DNA of 61,512 bases from contig JAUZTB010000066.1 in the NCBI GenBank assembly GCA_034780895.1, forward strand, positions 5,280,375 through 5,341,886, given 5' to 3'. The first letter of the stretch is position 1; the number at the start of each line of letters is the position of its first letter. The DNA is from Rhynchobatus australiae. Taxonomy: Eukaryota. A program made the position numbers and the translations under genes. The notes beneath the pieces were generated by a model. That model worked only from the letters and a program-made list of their open reading frames with translations, was not told the DNA's origin and did not search any database. Shown here in pieces: positions 1 through 11,430 of the stretch.

Positions 1-97
1 CTACGGGTAAGCCTAGTAATTTCTAAGTAGGGACATGTTTGGCACAACTTTGTGAGCTGAAGGGCTTGAATTATGCTGTAAGTTTTCTATGTTTCTA
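1..97 (+). mobile_element. 3' tail of a CR1-like LINE/SINE
   Basis: 'gctgaagggc...ttctatgtttcta' matches the 3' end of the CR1 copy at ~32575-32625 in this window. Confidence 0.6.
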
Positions 98-498
98 TAA
101 TCTTATTTAATGGCAGAGAAAGCATTAGGACCCTTTCTTATGTTCTTATATTCTATTCCTCATTCATGAGCTTTGAGTTCAAAATGAGTGGGTTGTTACT
201 GCAGATAAATGCTGATCCAAAACTCAATGAAAAACACAGACTTCGTTGTTTTCATTGAGATGAAGACACTCTGAACAGTTTTTTTGGATTATTTTTGATC
301 AGATAATCTGATAAATTTGGAGAATTACTGGTACGTCTTATACATTCTCACGACTATAAATACCGCTTGTCATGTTAGGATGGGGCATTTACAATTCTGA
401 GCAATTTCTCTTAGGCTTCATTATCTCTTCAGGCTTTTCCTTCCCTTCTGCAATGACTCAACCCAAACCAAGATGAAAGCCGCTAATGAATGGCTCAC

Positions 499-2011
499 CT
501 AGTTTAGGTAACAGATGGAATTTATGAACACAATGTTGATCCGTTAAGCTTCTCTCTTCACATAACTGGTGTCCGTTACTCCAAAACTTGTAACAATCTT
601 CATGCAGCTGCATGGCATACTTCTGGAAGGCTGGTCCACGGGCGTGCTGACTATAAACACGTAGGGCCTGTGCCAACTGGTTCTTGTGGACAGTTGTTGT
701 GTAATGGTGAGGCAGGTTAGACTGGTAGGCACTGTGAGCTAGAGGCAGGGCCTTTTGACAGCGGTTTTCAGAAAACTTATTATCTGCATCCAAAAATCCT
801 TCAAGTCCTTTCAACTGTATCTGTATCTTGGAGGAAAGATCTCCAGAGAGAAAGCCCAGCTCATCGTCCCTCCAGTTTATCATCACATCATAAAGTTTTG
901 AGGCCACAGCCAGCCAGTTTTTATAGGCAGGAAGCTCAAAATGTGATGGCTGTGGATTCCTCCCGACGCTGTCCTCGAAACCCTTTTTAGTCAGGACCAG
1001 CTCCACGTGTTGCCACAGAAACTCCTTCAACGTGCAGTCCACTAGCTGTCCACTGGAGCTGTTGAGGCTGCTTTCCAGTATGAAAGATGGCTGGTGGACA
1101 TGCCTCATCATCTGATAACGCCGCGAGCCAGAAACCGGGAGGGATTCATGCTCCCTGATGGCACAGTTACTTTTCAGTTGCCCGATCAGCATGCTGATGG
1201 GATCATCCCCCTGCCCAGCCACCACATAAACAAATGCTTGGTTGGCAGGAACAGTAAACAGACAGTTAATGCTCTGGTTGGTCAGCACTCTGCTCTTTCT
1301 GAAAATCCTATAAATCTGATCCTCCAGGGCATGCTGGAGTCTCCTTTTAGGAGAGTGTTTTTTGGGTTTATCTAAATTGGAGGGGTCTAAACACTTAGGC
1401 TCCACCTTCAAAGCTCCATTCAGCTGGAAAATAAAGAGGAGTCTTGGAGGGCAGGGTCTACAATTCAATCGCCATTCCTTCCCTACCGGACAATCCTTAA
1501 TGGTGCTCTTTAGGTAGGGAAGAACCTTCTGCCTGAGACTGTCCAGGGCTCGGAAGAGACGGTCGTAAGTGATGTCGAAGGAGCAGGTGGGGTGGACGAG
1601 GAGGAGGATGTGGGAGACGGAGAAGAGGTAGAGGAGGTGGATGCAGTGGAGCTTCTCCTCTCCTTTCCAGAACTCGTGGGCTTCGGCGTGGGAGACATCA
1701 TCCGCCAAGGCCCGACAGGCCTGCAGCAGCTGGTGGTTGTCGCAGACGGCGGTGAGAAGCAGGTAGAGGACCTTACTGTCCTGGTTGTAGTAGCACTGCA
1801 GCAGGTTGTTGCCCTGGTGATAGTCGTTCACCAGGGACGGGTACAGGGGGAAGACCGGCTTGTCGCACAGGGTGTTGACGATGGCGTACTTCTCCGCGCT
1901 CAGCTCCGACGTCTTGCCGAAGATGCCCACCACGCACATCTCCTCGTCCTTCCAGGCCACCTCCTCGCCGTCCGAGGCCAACGCAGCCCTCAGAGGCCGC
2001 GCCGCCGCCAT
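499..2011 (-). CDS. SMG8: SMG8 (nonsense-mediated decay SMG1 complex subunit), coding exon 1; gene continues beyond the left edge
   Basis: ORF 458..2065 contains typical SMG8 sequence (CVVGIFGKT, CRPCPPRLLFIFQLNGAL, HSPKRRLQHALEDQIYRIFRKSR, FSENRCQKALP, CEERSLTDQHCVH). The track's start at 2065 is GTG. In-frame ATGs lie at 2035 and 2011; the latter (gagATGG, MAAARPLR) best matches the vertebrate N-terminus as I recall it. The donor CTAG|GTGAGC (intron begins 498, phase 1) ends the exon after HKFHLLPKL. Confidence 0.95.
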
Positions 2012-5000
2012 CTCACTCGCCGTCCCGCCCTCCATCCCGTCCGGTGGAAGAACCACTGCGCCCACAATTGTTCCCGGCAGCGTGTCCCGCCGTTCATCTC
2101 ATCCGGCCGGAAACAAACAAACAAAAAAAATGCTTGAATTAAATCACTGACCTTCCCATCCGCTTCAGAAATGGGTGAATGCAGATAGGAGACCCCCTCC
2201 CCTCCCCGCGCCCCAAACCCACCATTTTATTTCGGTAATAATCGTGGTTCTAGGTCTCTCACGGTTCAGCACCAAACCACAAAATGCTTTCACCATCTGA
2301 AGCATGTTTAACGTGAAGAGATATGACAGGAGACAGACCTGCCAATATCAATCATTAGGTGTGAAAATTACTCATAATAATGAGTTTAAAACGTCACTAG
2401 CATGACTACAGACTTTACTCTCATAATTTCTCCAATGCTAACAGCTCTGTTAAAGGACAAATGTCAACATTTATGGAGATAAGATTTCCTTGTGCATCTG
2501 AAGAGGATATCGTCTCTCAGCCAAAGGCATGCAGTATCACCCAACGTGATATTTGCTTCGTACCGTTCTAATAATCCATTTTAATTGATACATTTTAATC
2601 ATTGGATTTTGCTCTCATCAATTTTCTATAGAAACAATATTCTAATCTTCCCTTTGTATTTCACCAGCAATCTCAAAGCAAGATCCTTACCACCTCCATA
2701 AATCAATAGCAATAATTTCTACTTTTTACCAAAACCCCTCATGATTTTAAACGCCTGTTATATCCTTGTTGATGTAATAAAAAGGGCACCAGTCTTACTG
2801 GCAGCTTGCAGTTAACTAAATCCTCTCAACATCTTCTACATTCTCGCCAGGTCCTGGACTATATTCCGAAGGAAAACCCACTCAGATAGAATTTAATATT
2901 CCAATTACACACTGGCCGTAACGTCAGATTAAGCATGAGAAGACCTGCGCGTAACAAATGTAAAATGAGTTTGTGCCACTTTAAGAATCGAAACATGTGA
3001 CCAGTTGTCCTCTGCCATGGTGTTCTAGTGTGGAAGCAGCCAGGGGAAATCAGACGAAGTAATGCTGCACTGTATAGTGCAAGTTCTTTTTATTACATCA
3101 ATAAAGCACCTTTGTTTATTAGTCTAAATTATTGAATGGATGAAGGAAAGATGCCTACATACTGCAAACCAAAATTGCTGTGGTCAATCACAGGTCACAT
3201 CACCAGAGCGTATAATTTGTCTGCCGCATCATGGCACAATGATGGTGTGACGCCCAAATATTGTAATTTAAGCGGGATAAACAAAAACAAAATAAATCTT
3301 ATTTTCAACACTGGAATTTTAGTGTAATATTCAGGTTAGAAATTTCTGGACAGTTGCTAAAAAAACTTGCCCAGTCTACAGACTGACAACGGTAGCTTTA
3401 TTCTTGTTTAGCACCTTATTGATGGAAAGGCAACTTAATCTAAAATATACCCGTAATTATTGAACTTCCTCTAAGAGAAACAGATCCTTCCTACTACTCC
3501 CCTCAGTCTTCAATATTACAATATAAACACACTCCGGCTTTCTTTATAACTAAAGTTCTCCTGGCAACATCCTCAAATTTTCTCCACCCTCTCTAGGGCT
3601 GTCAGTATCCTTCCAGTGGTGTGGTGATCAGAACTGTACACAGTATTCTGTGGTTATCTAGTGTTTCATTCTACATTAGTTGCCTTGTCAGAGATTGTCT
3701 NNNNNNNNNNNNNTGTCTAATGATATTTTATTTTACTATGTGCATTTGCATCCACTTTGGACCCATCCCTTCATAATTTCAAATTTGGTTTTGCATGATC
3801 TGGACTAACTGATTCTTGTTTAGGATCAGGATTTTGGATACTTTTAAACTTACAAGGAATAAACTAGCAACGGATAGAAATTGTTTGTGTTCTGCTTTAC
3901 ATCAAGCATTAAGAATATTTTGGCACACATGTCAATAGCTACTGGTTGGGAAGAGGTTAAAAATTAGTGAGAAAATAGGGCAGTTGGAATGTCATGTGGT
4001 TTCTGAATGATGGTTCCAGGACTTGCAGATTACCATATTTATAATAGACCTCCTGATCATGAATTATTCATTTGCAAAGAGTTTATACATAGTACTGTGG
4101 TTCCACTTAATTAGCATTGTGTAATTCTGTATCAGTTATTTAAATACATCTTTAATGCATCTTTTACAATATTCTACAGAAAATTACTGATTATGAGCCC
4201 CCTTTCCAGACAAGAAAAAGGAGGTTAGTTTGCAAGGTCAGTTTGTTTTTGCTTCTTCCCTCTCAGTAGCATCTGTTCTGCAGGAACCGAACCCTCTCCG
4301 CCATTTCATTCACAGTTATTTCTGTGCATGAGTGCAGACCAGAGTGTTTCTTTAAACTGGCAAGGGGCAGCCCCAAGCTGTTAGATTACAACTTATTCAT
4401 AGCCTGTTTATCTGCACATTGTAAGCATAATAATAATGCATTAATATACAGCATATTTGTCCAGTTACTGCAGGGTGATCATTTAACATCTTGAATCAAA
4501 AGCCGACAAAACAGTAGCGAACACCCAGCCAATTACAGCTCTTCTGAATCTTTTCAGCAGATCCCACTTGGTCAAGTCAGGGAGTTGTAGGTAGAGCTTT
4601 AGGATGACACACCAGGACTGTGCTGTTTGAGTGTTGCACTTTGGAGGTGCCTTTATGTTCAGATGGTAAACCAAGGTTTGCATACACACAGGTAGTTATA
4701 AACAACCTAGTGAAACAATTTCAAACAGTTATTGCAGGATCCTGGTCAAAAGTTATGCCTTCATCATACCCATTGCAGACTGTGGGATCTTGGCTCACGT
4801 AAACTAGCTGCCACTTTCCTTACAATGGTGTCCATGCTTAAAGCATTTAATTGGCCAATAGTATTTTGAAAATTCTTGAGACATGCGAAAGGTACTAAAA
4901 TCCAAGTCTTTCCATTTGGCCTAATTTCCCTGGTCTTTCCCCATTCACCTTTTAACTACTTTCTAATTTCCTTTTGAAAGTTACGAGTTAAGTTGCTTAT

Positions 5001-6084
5001 TGCCCCAGTGTTTTTTTCTTTTCATCCTGTAAGAGGTCCATTCAATCCAGGCATCTCAACACACTTTACAGCTAATCAAATAATTTTGAAGTGCAGTAAC
5101 TATTTTAATATGGTGAAACAAACTTTTATAGACTAAAACATATCTGATTCAGTATTTAGGTTGCAGCTTGGTTCACCTCCTGCTCTTGAAAAAGGGCAAG
5201 TGTTAATAAAAAAAGGCATAGACTGCCTTTTCCTGGAATCATTGTGGCACAGGATGGACTATTTAGCCCTTAAAGTGCTTTATAGAGCAATTCATTCCCC
5301 TGCAGCTATGCAGTTTCTTCCCCCTCAATTGCCTGTACAAATCCCTTTTGGAGGTTCTGATTAATTTTTTCCACTACCACTTTAGGCATTAAGTGGCAAA
5401 TCACCACCCTGTTCAGTGTAAAATGAAAATTCCCTCCCCCCCCCTCCTCTTCACANNNNNNNNNNNNNNNNNNNNNNNNNNNNNNNNNNNNNNNNNNNNN
5501 NNNNNNNNNNNNNNNNNNNNNNNNNNNNNNNNNNNNNNNNNNNNNNNNNNNNNNNCCCAGCACTTTGAACTAGTGACTCCAGTCCTTGAATCACCCATAA
5601 TACAGAGCAGCTTCTTACTTACCCTGAGTAAACCCATCGTGATCTTGCACACAAGATCATGTCCTCCTTGCTTCTCTGCAGCAAGGAGGAAACCCCAGTT
5701 CTCCAGTCTTATCTTGTATCAAAAAAAATCACTTATTCCTGGAATCATTCTGGTAAAGCAGTGTCTGTTAGGTATAAGCTTTGGTTAGGGCTTAGGGCAG
5801 GACAAGGATGGCCATGTTATGGTAAATCCAATGAACCTACTTCAGAATATTACATACTCACAAAATCAACTTCTTTGATTCAGTAACAGCTAACTATCTT
5901 GAAAGAATCAGTTTCTTCAGTTAGATTACCCATAGAAAAGCAACAGGGCTTGTACATTTGTGCTTCTGTCTGCAGAAGTTTGTCAGAAGATCAACAGAAA
6001 TAGTCAACCGGCATCTGTTATTGCATTTTTCTATGGTCAGGACATCAGCAATTTCTGACTGAGAAAGGAATGACAGTGAACATT

Positions 6085-6102
6085 TTATTAAAAATATTTA
6101 TT
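6085..6102 (-). terminator. Tandem AATAAA polyadenylation signals, probable PRR11 3' end (3' UTR ~6065-8217)
   Basis: Two TTTATT hexamers on + (6085-6090, 6097-6102) at the end of a ~2.1 kb AT-rich stretch, with no repeats that I recognise, downstream of the PRR11 stop. Inference; no transcript data. Confidence 0.5.
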
Positions 6103-8217
6103 AAATAAACAGTTTTAAAAAAAGCACTTACAATGCACTGGAATATAGGCCAAAGCCCAAATTGCATTACATAGACAAATGATAAAAAAAGGCAGTCAAT
6201 ACAAAGATCCTTTAAAAAAATTAACCTAACAGTTTGAGAAATATTTTAACATTACAACCATCGGGAATAGTGCAACCTTCAGTTATGGCTTGATTGTTTG
6301 GGTTATTTTTTTTTTGTACAAGCACCACTATGTGATGCGACATAAAAATGTGCAAATTTTAATTGAAGAAAATTTACAACACTTTTGTAACAGGCATTCA
6401 AGACAAATCAATGTTTAAAACATCCCATTATATAATTAAAAATTCAAAAGCATTCTGATCCAATTTGGAATCAAATTGATTTCTAGATGGGTTGTATATT
6501 ATAACTCCTATTATTTCCAGTTACACTTCTCCAAGTTGCACAGGGCTGCTCTCAGCCATTGGCAGAATGGTGCAGTGCAACTAGCAGAAAACTGGCATTA
6601 AAAAAAAACAATTTTCTATTGCAAATAGAGTATTTTGAACAAAGCTTGCCAGTTCATTTCCTTCATTGCAGTTAAATCTCAATGATGAGCTAGAAATCAG
6701 AATTACATATTCTCCATCATCAACAACAGCAGTTGAGATAATTCCTGCAGTCCTCCAAAACAGGAATGGCAATGGATAAATAGCAAAACATTGCTAAATT
6801 TATTGGTTCTCTCAGTCTCAGTCAAAATGCACACAACACTGGGATATAACTGGAACATTCAGGTGTTGTTATAGTCCCATACCTGTCCTTAAGTTTAGTT
6901 CAGTGAAAACCTCATTTAAAAACATACTCATCTCCAAGTAAGTAATAAATGTAGTTTTGGAAGCTCTATTCTGAAGCTTGTGAATAATGATTACTGTGGA
7001 ATAGCCCAAATCATCTCACTTCCTCACAGCCACAAAGAATTACCTAAAAGCAGGAGCAACCTGATAGGGAAAGAGCTCGTCAATGCAGTGACAGAAAAAT
7101 CCTTACACTCTTAATACTGAGAGTTTTGCAATAGTTCCTGATACTGAATACTTAGAGTACGTTTGCTTTCCATTGCCTGGAGTAAATCTGAATATTGAGA
7201 TTTCTGCACTGCATTTCCATGCAAAGGCTGGCGAGCATACAAATGCACTATGGACATCTGGAGATTTGTTAAATTGTGAAGTGTAATATAGGTGATATTA
7301 GTGACAACACATTTCCAGAAGAAAAAAAATAAAATCACAATCTTGTTTGTATATGACAGAAAATTTAACACTCAAGTATATTACCATTAGCACAAATCTA
7401 ATTATTGAAAATTCATGATCCAGATTACTTCAACCCCACTAATTACCAAGAGGTGTTAATTTTAACACTCCTCCAGTGTAAGTGTGCAGAAATTGTAACG
7501 ATGTTAAGCTCTGTTGCTCAAAGGTTTTACTTATGATTGGTTCACTTATAATTGCGATCAACTGTGAACCAGACAGGTTCTGTGACCAAGGATCACTAAT
7601 TTCAAAAAGCCTCAATAAGTAGGATACATCAGATTTCAAGGAAACAGGCTATGGATGAAAAGTTGTTCCCAGAAATCATGTTTCTTCCGCCCTCCCCCCA
7701 AATGATCAGATGATTTCTCAGGAATCCAATATTTTAAGATGCAGGGGAATTAGAATTAAAACTAACAGTGAATAATCAAACACTAAGAATTAAGCATATT
7801 TAAAGTCTTAAATCCAAATTAAAAAGTAAATGCCGAACTGTAAAGGTGGCATTGACCATGTAATTTATGGTTACTGTAGCTTCAATCCAAAAAGAGCTAT
7901 TTCCCCAAAAAAGAAACAATTAAATCATTCCACTGTTTATGGAATAAACAGTCATTTTCTCTTTCCCAGCTTGCAGATTCACTCTATGGAGTAGTGCACA
8001 CCATGCAAATCAGTTAACAGTTGGAATCCCACAATACGTCACCGCTACACCAGGTGACCATAAATTATTACCAAATAAAATTGAAAGTACAGTATTTCCA
8101 CCAGCTAGAATCCATTTGTCTGAACATTGTAAAATCCACATTTTAATATGTATACACAGAAAGCAAAACATTTGTGCTTTGTAATATGATAAGTAAAAAT
8201 TTCTTGCACAAGCAAAA

Positions 8218-8292
8218 TTAGCAAGCATTTTGCTCATCAAAGCTGGTGTTTGAAGAGGAGCAGCCACCAGGAGGACTTTTGGGATGAGCCAT
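8218..8292 (-). CDS. PRR11: PRR11 terminal coding exon (MAHPKSPPGGCSSSNTSFDEQNAC*)
   Basis: Acceptor tttcag|ATG, phase 0, stop TAA at 8218-8220. Resembles the mammalian PRR11 C-terminus (LAHPRSP...SSFDEQN). Confidence 0.9.
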   Translation of the reverse strand: MAHPKSPPGGCSSSNTSFDEQNAC

Positions 8293-9039
8293 CTGAAATA
8301 GAGCCCAAAGTTTGTTAAATTCAAACAATATCCTGACTTCAAAGTGTCAATTCTACAAAACTGAGTTTCAACAATTAATGGTATTAGTATTGTTTTATTA
8401 TTTTCCTACTACCAAGATACAGTGAAAAACTTAATTTTCCAAGGCATGGTACAATGAAAATTTTGTTTTGCATGCCATCCATACAGATAATTTCAAAACA
8501 GTTACTTTGCAAGGGGTACAATGAGGTAGATTGCGAGGTTAAGAGTTCACTTTTAATGTGCAAGAGGTCCATTCACAAACACATACAGGTTTCTGTTAGT
8601 CCAGGTCAGAGTTTCAATATCAACCCTCCACATCTCATACGTACCTCAGTATTTTCACATTAATGTCAAGGGAGGCAGGTAATTAAGTACTGTACTAATG
8701 TCACTTCACAGTTTAAATATGCTCTCTTACAGTTTTAGTTTTAAGCACAAACTCTTCTTTAACATTAAGACTCTTTTGACCAGGCAATGCCTTGGAGAAA
8801 AATGCCTCGGAGAAAAATGCCTCCTCAAAACTTACTGGTGGAAGCAGCACATATTTAAGGCCAATCAGGAGGAATTTCCACTGTGTCACAAGGCAGGGCA
8901 AGTAACCAACTAGATTATAAAATTGTATGGTTTTCCTCTTCAGTTGGGAAGGCAATCCAGAAGCAGGATCATAATCCTCTTGATGTGGTGGCAGCGCGAA
9001 GGTTTACACTAATCTTTTGGTTATCTTTGGAGAAGCCAA

Positions 9040-9325
9040 AAGGTATGATATCTTCACATGTACATTGAAACACACAGTGAAATGCATATTTTGCGTAGTG
9101 TTCTGGGGGCAGCCTGCAAGTGTCACCATACTTCCAGCGCCAATATAGCATGCCCACAACTTCCTAACTTGTACGTTTTTGGAATGTGGGAGGAAACTGG
9201 AGCACCCAGATGAAACCCACACAGACAGGGGGAGAATGTACAAACTCCTTACAGACAGTGGGTGGAATTGAATCCAGGTCTCTGGTGCTGTAAAGCGTTA
9301 CGCTAACTGCTACACTACCATGCCT
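9040..9325 (-). mobile_element. SINE (HE1-like)
   Basis: 'ttttggaatgtgggaggaaactggagcacc...acagggggagaatgtacaaactcc...acagacag' recurs in diverged form at ~18225-18310 and ~24480-24560. Family name is from recall. Confidence 0.6.
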
Positions 9326-9471
9326 CAGGACCTTGATACTGCTGCTGTATTATTAATACATTTCTCAATACANNNNNNNNNNNNNNNNNNNNNNNNNNNN
9401 NNNNNNNNNNNNNNNNNNNNNNNNNNNNNNNNNNNNNNNNNNNNNNNNNNNNNNNNNNNNNNNNNNNNNNN

Positions 9472-9591
9472 NTGGTTGTTTCAACAACAATGTCATGATG
9501 TTCTTTATCTTCTGTTGACGTAAGCACGCCACACACACACACACACACTATCATAAAGGGACCTTCACTAATTGTAACCTAGTTCGTAACA
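9472..9591 (-). mobile_element. Partial LTR of the same family as 34071-34602; the remainder is in the adjacent gap
   Basis: The reverse complement starts TGTTAC and matches 34071-34168 (gcttacgtcaacagaagataaagaacatcatgac, TG repeat). Confidence 0.75.
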
Positions 9592-10229
9592 CTAAGAGAT
9601 AACATATCTTTTGAGGCTGGACATTTTTTCTTAAATGGAATTAAAAACAAAAAGGCTATTCATCTACTCTCTCATCAGAATGATCAGGGGCTCATGAGCA
9701 CGTGTGTCTGGATCAACAATCAAAGGATTCTTTACTGTGCTCAGAATTTGGCAAAGAAGCAGGAATTGGGAGGAGTGCATTGGTTGGTAGATTAATCGGT
9801 CACTAAGTTACCCCTGGCGTAGGTGGAGAATCAGAGGTGGGTTATGGGGAAAAAAAAATGGGACTGATGGGTTAGCCACAAGAACCAACATGGAGTTGAT
9901 AGGTTGAGTGGCCTCTTTTAAATGAGAAATATTTTACCATTCCTTTCTTTACTCCAATGTATACCCGGGGTTCATAGACATTTCCAAAAGAGACTTATGA
10001 AACAGATGCAGATCAACTGGATAACAACAGGTTTCCATTTCTGCAAGCTGAAACCATTGAAAATTTCTGCAAGCCATGCAGGAGTTTGCATAGAACTGAG
10101 TCAAGAGCCTGCCCAAGAGTGGTGCGGGAAATGTTAACAGTACCATTGACACAGGACATACTTCCTGTGGGCATTACTCATTAAGGAGATACAATTTGCT
10201 CAAACTAAAAATGTGTTGCACAAGAAAAA

Positions 10230-10304
10230 TTAGCATATATTTTGCTCATCAGAGCTTGTGTTTGAAGAAAAGCAACTAGGAGCAGCAAGCCTGGGACAAG
10301 CACA
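10230..10304 (-). pseudogene. Diverged duplicate of the PRR11 terminal exon (pseudo-exon or alternative last exon)
   Basis: Colinear with 8218-8292: CACPRLAAPSCFSSNTSSDEQNIC* versus MAHPKSPPGGCSSSNTSFDEQNAC*. The stop is kept, but the original acceptor AG is lost. Confidence 0.8.
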
Positions 10305-10634
10305 GATGATACACACACCAGGTCTGAACACAGACTGCCGAGTTAGTCTTTAACCCTTTGACGGGACAAATTATAGAAACTGGTTATTAACCAAAGGGAC
10401 ATAGAACGGATGTCGATACTTTGATAGGGATATCCTGGCAGGTAGAGACTGTTAATGATCATTATCCAGAAGGCAACTATTGAACTACACTCCTGCAAGG
10501 AGTCAATGCTTTCAAGATAAAGTCAGAACAGAAAGAGGAAACAGTTTAAATATTTTGGGAAAAACATTTATTAAATGCCACATAATGTTGCCAAAATGAT
10601 GGAAGAAGAACATTAAAGCAATCAGCTAATTTAC

Positions 10635-10728
10635 CTCAAATTTCCGTCTCAGTGCTTGGGTCATAACTGGTGTCAATCCTGTCGCAGTATCTTTGTTTTC
10701 CTTGTGGAGGGGTGTTCCACCAGGGCTC
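10635..10728 (-). CDS. PRR11: PRR11 exon ([32 protein letters not shown]), contains a KEN box
   Basis: ttttag|G...GAG|gtaaat; 94 nt, phase 2 to 0; very close to the PRR11 motif SPGGTPL.KEN...[15 protein letters not shown]. Confidence 0.95.
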
Positions 10729-11094
10729 CTAAAACCAAATACCTTTTAGGGTAAGCAATCATAGCATTCAACATCTCAAAATACACAAGCATCTATTATT
10801 CAACAGCAAGGTATATCATTTACACAACAAGGTTTCAAGTAATCTATGGTCCTGAACAGCAGTTTTAATAAAGTGCTTTGTAAAACAGTGAATCTTGTTC
10901 ACAAGTTTTGTTCCTCTGGACCTGGTTTATCCACTGGAAAATGTGTGGCTGTAGATTATTTAAATCACATTCAAGCTCAGTAATTTGCACCTGCTGACAA
11001 ACTGGATTTGCACTTCACCGATGTTTGGGTGGGGGAAGAACAGCAAGCAGCACCACATTGCTTCGGAGAATGAAATTTAAAAGATGCTGAAACT

Positions 11095-11430
11095 CCTTCA
11101 AACATACAAGACCTTAAGGGGGCTTGACAGGTTGATGTTGGGATGTTTTCACAAGTGGGAGAGTCTCAAACAAGGGGACATTACTACAAAGAGCCAGTCA
11201 TTTAAAACTGAGGCATGTAAAAATTTCTCCTGAGAAGGTAGAGAATCTCTGGAATTCTGTATGGGGGAAAACTGGATTATTAGAAGTGGAGGTGGACAAA
11301 TCTTTGATAAATCTATGATTAGTAGGGTATGGAGAAATGGTACAGAAGATTTGAGGCCAGCATCGATTGGCCATAATCATATTAGATGGCAGAGCGGTCT
11401 TGGACCCTTTCCCTGCTCCTATTTTCTCAT
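11095..11430 (+). mobile_element. Degenerate CR1-like LINE 3' fragment
   Basis: 'aatctctggaattct', 'attagatggcagagcggtcttg...cctgctcctatttt' resemble the other CR1 3' ends in the window. Boundaries approximate. Confidence 0.5.

Noticed and set aside
458-498. C-terminal EPFISGFHLGLG of the 535-aa ORF
   Set aside because: Read-through into intron 1 past the GTGAG donor; SMG8 is not truncated here.
1592-2150. 181-aa and 96-aa plus-strand ORFs
   Set aside because: Antisense shadows of the GC-rich SMG8 exon; no recognisable domain.
8786-8823. 15-bp tandem repeat aatgcct(t/c)ggagaaa x2.5
   Set aside because: Ordinary local slippage in an intron; no spacers or other structure.
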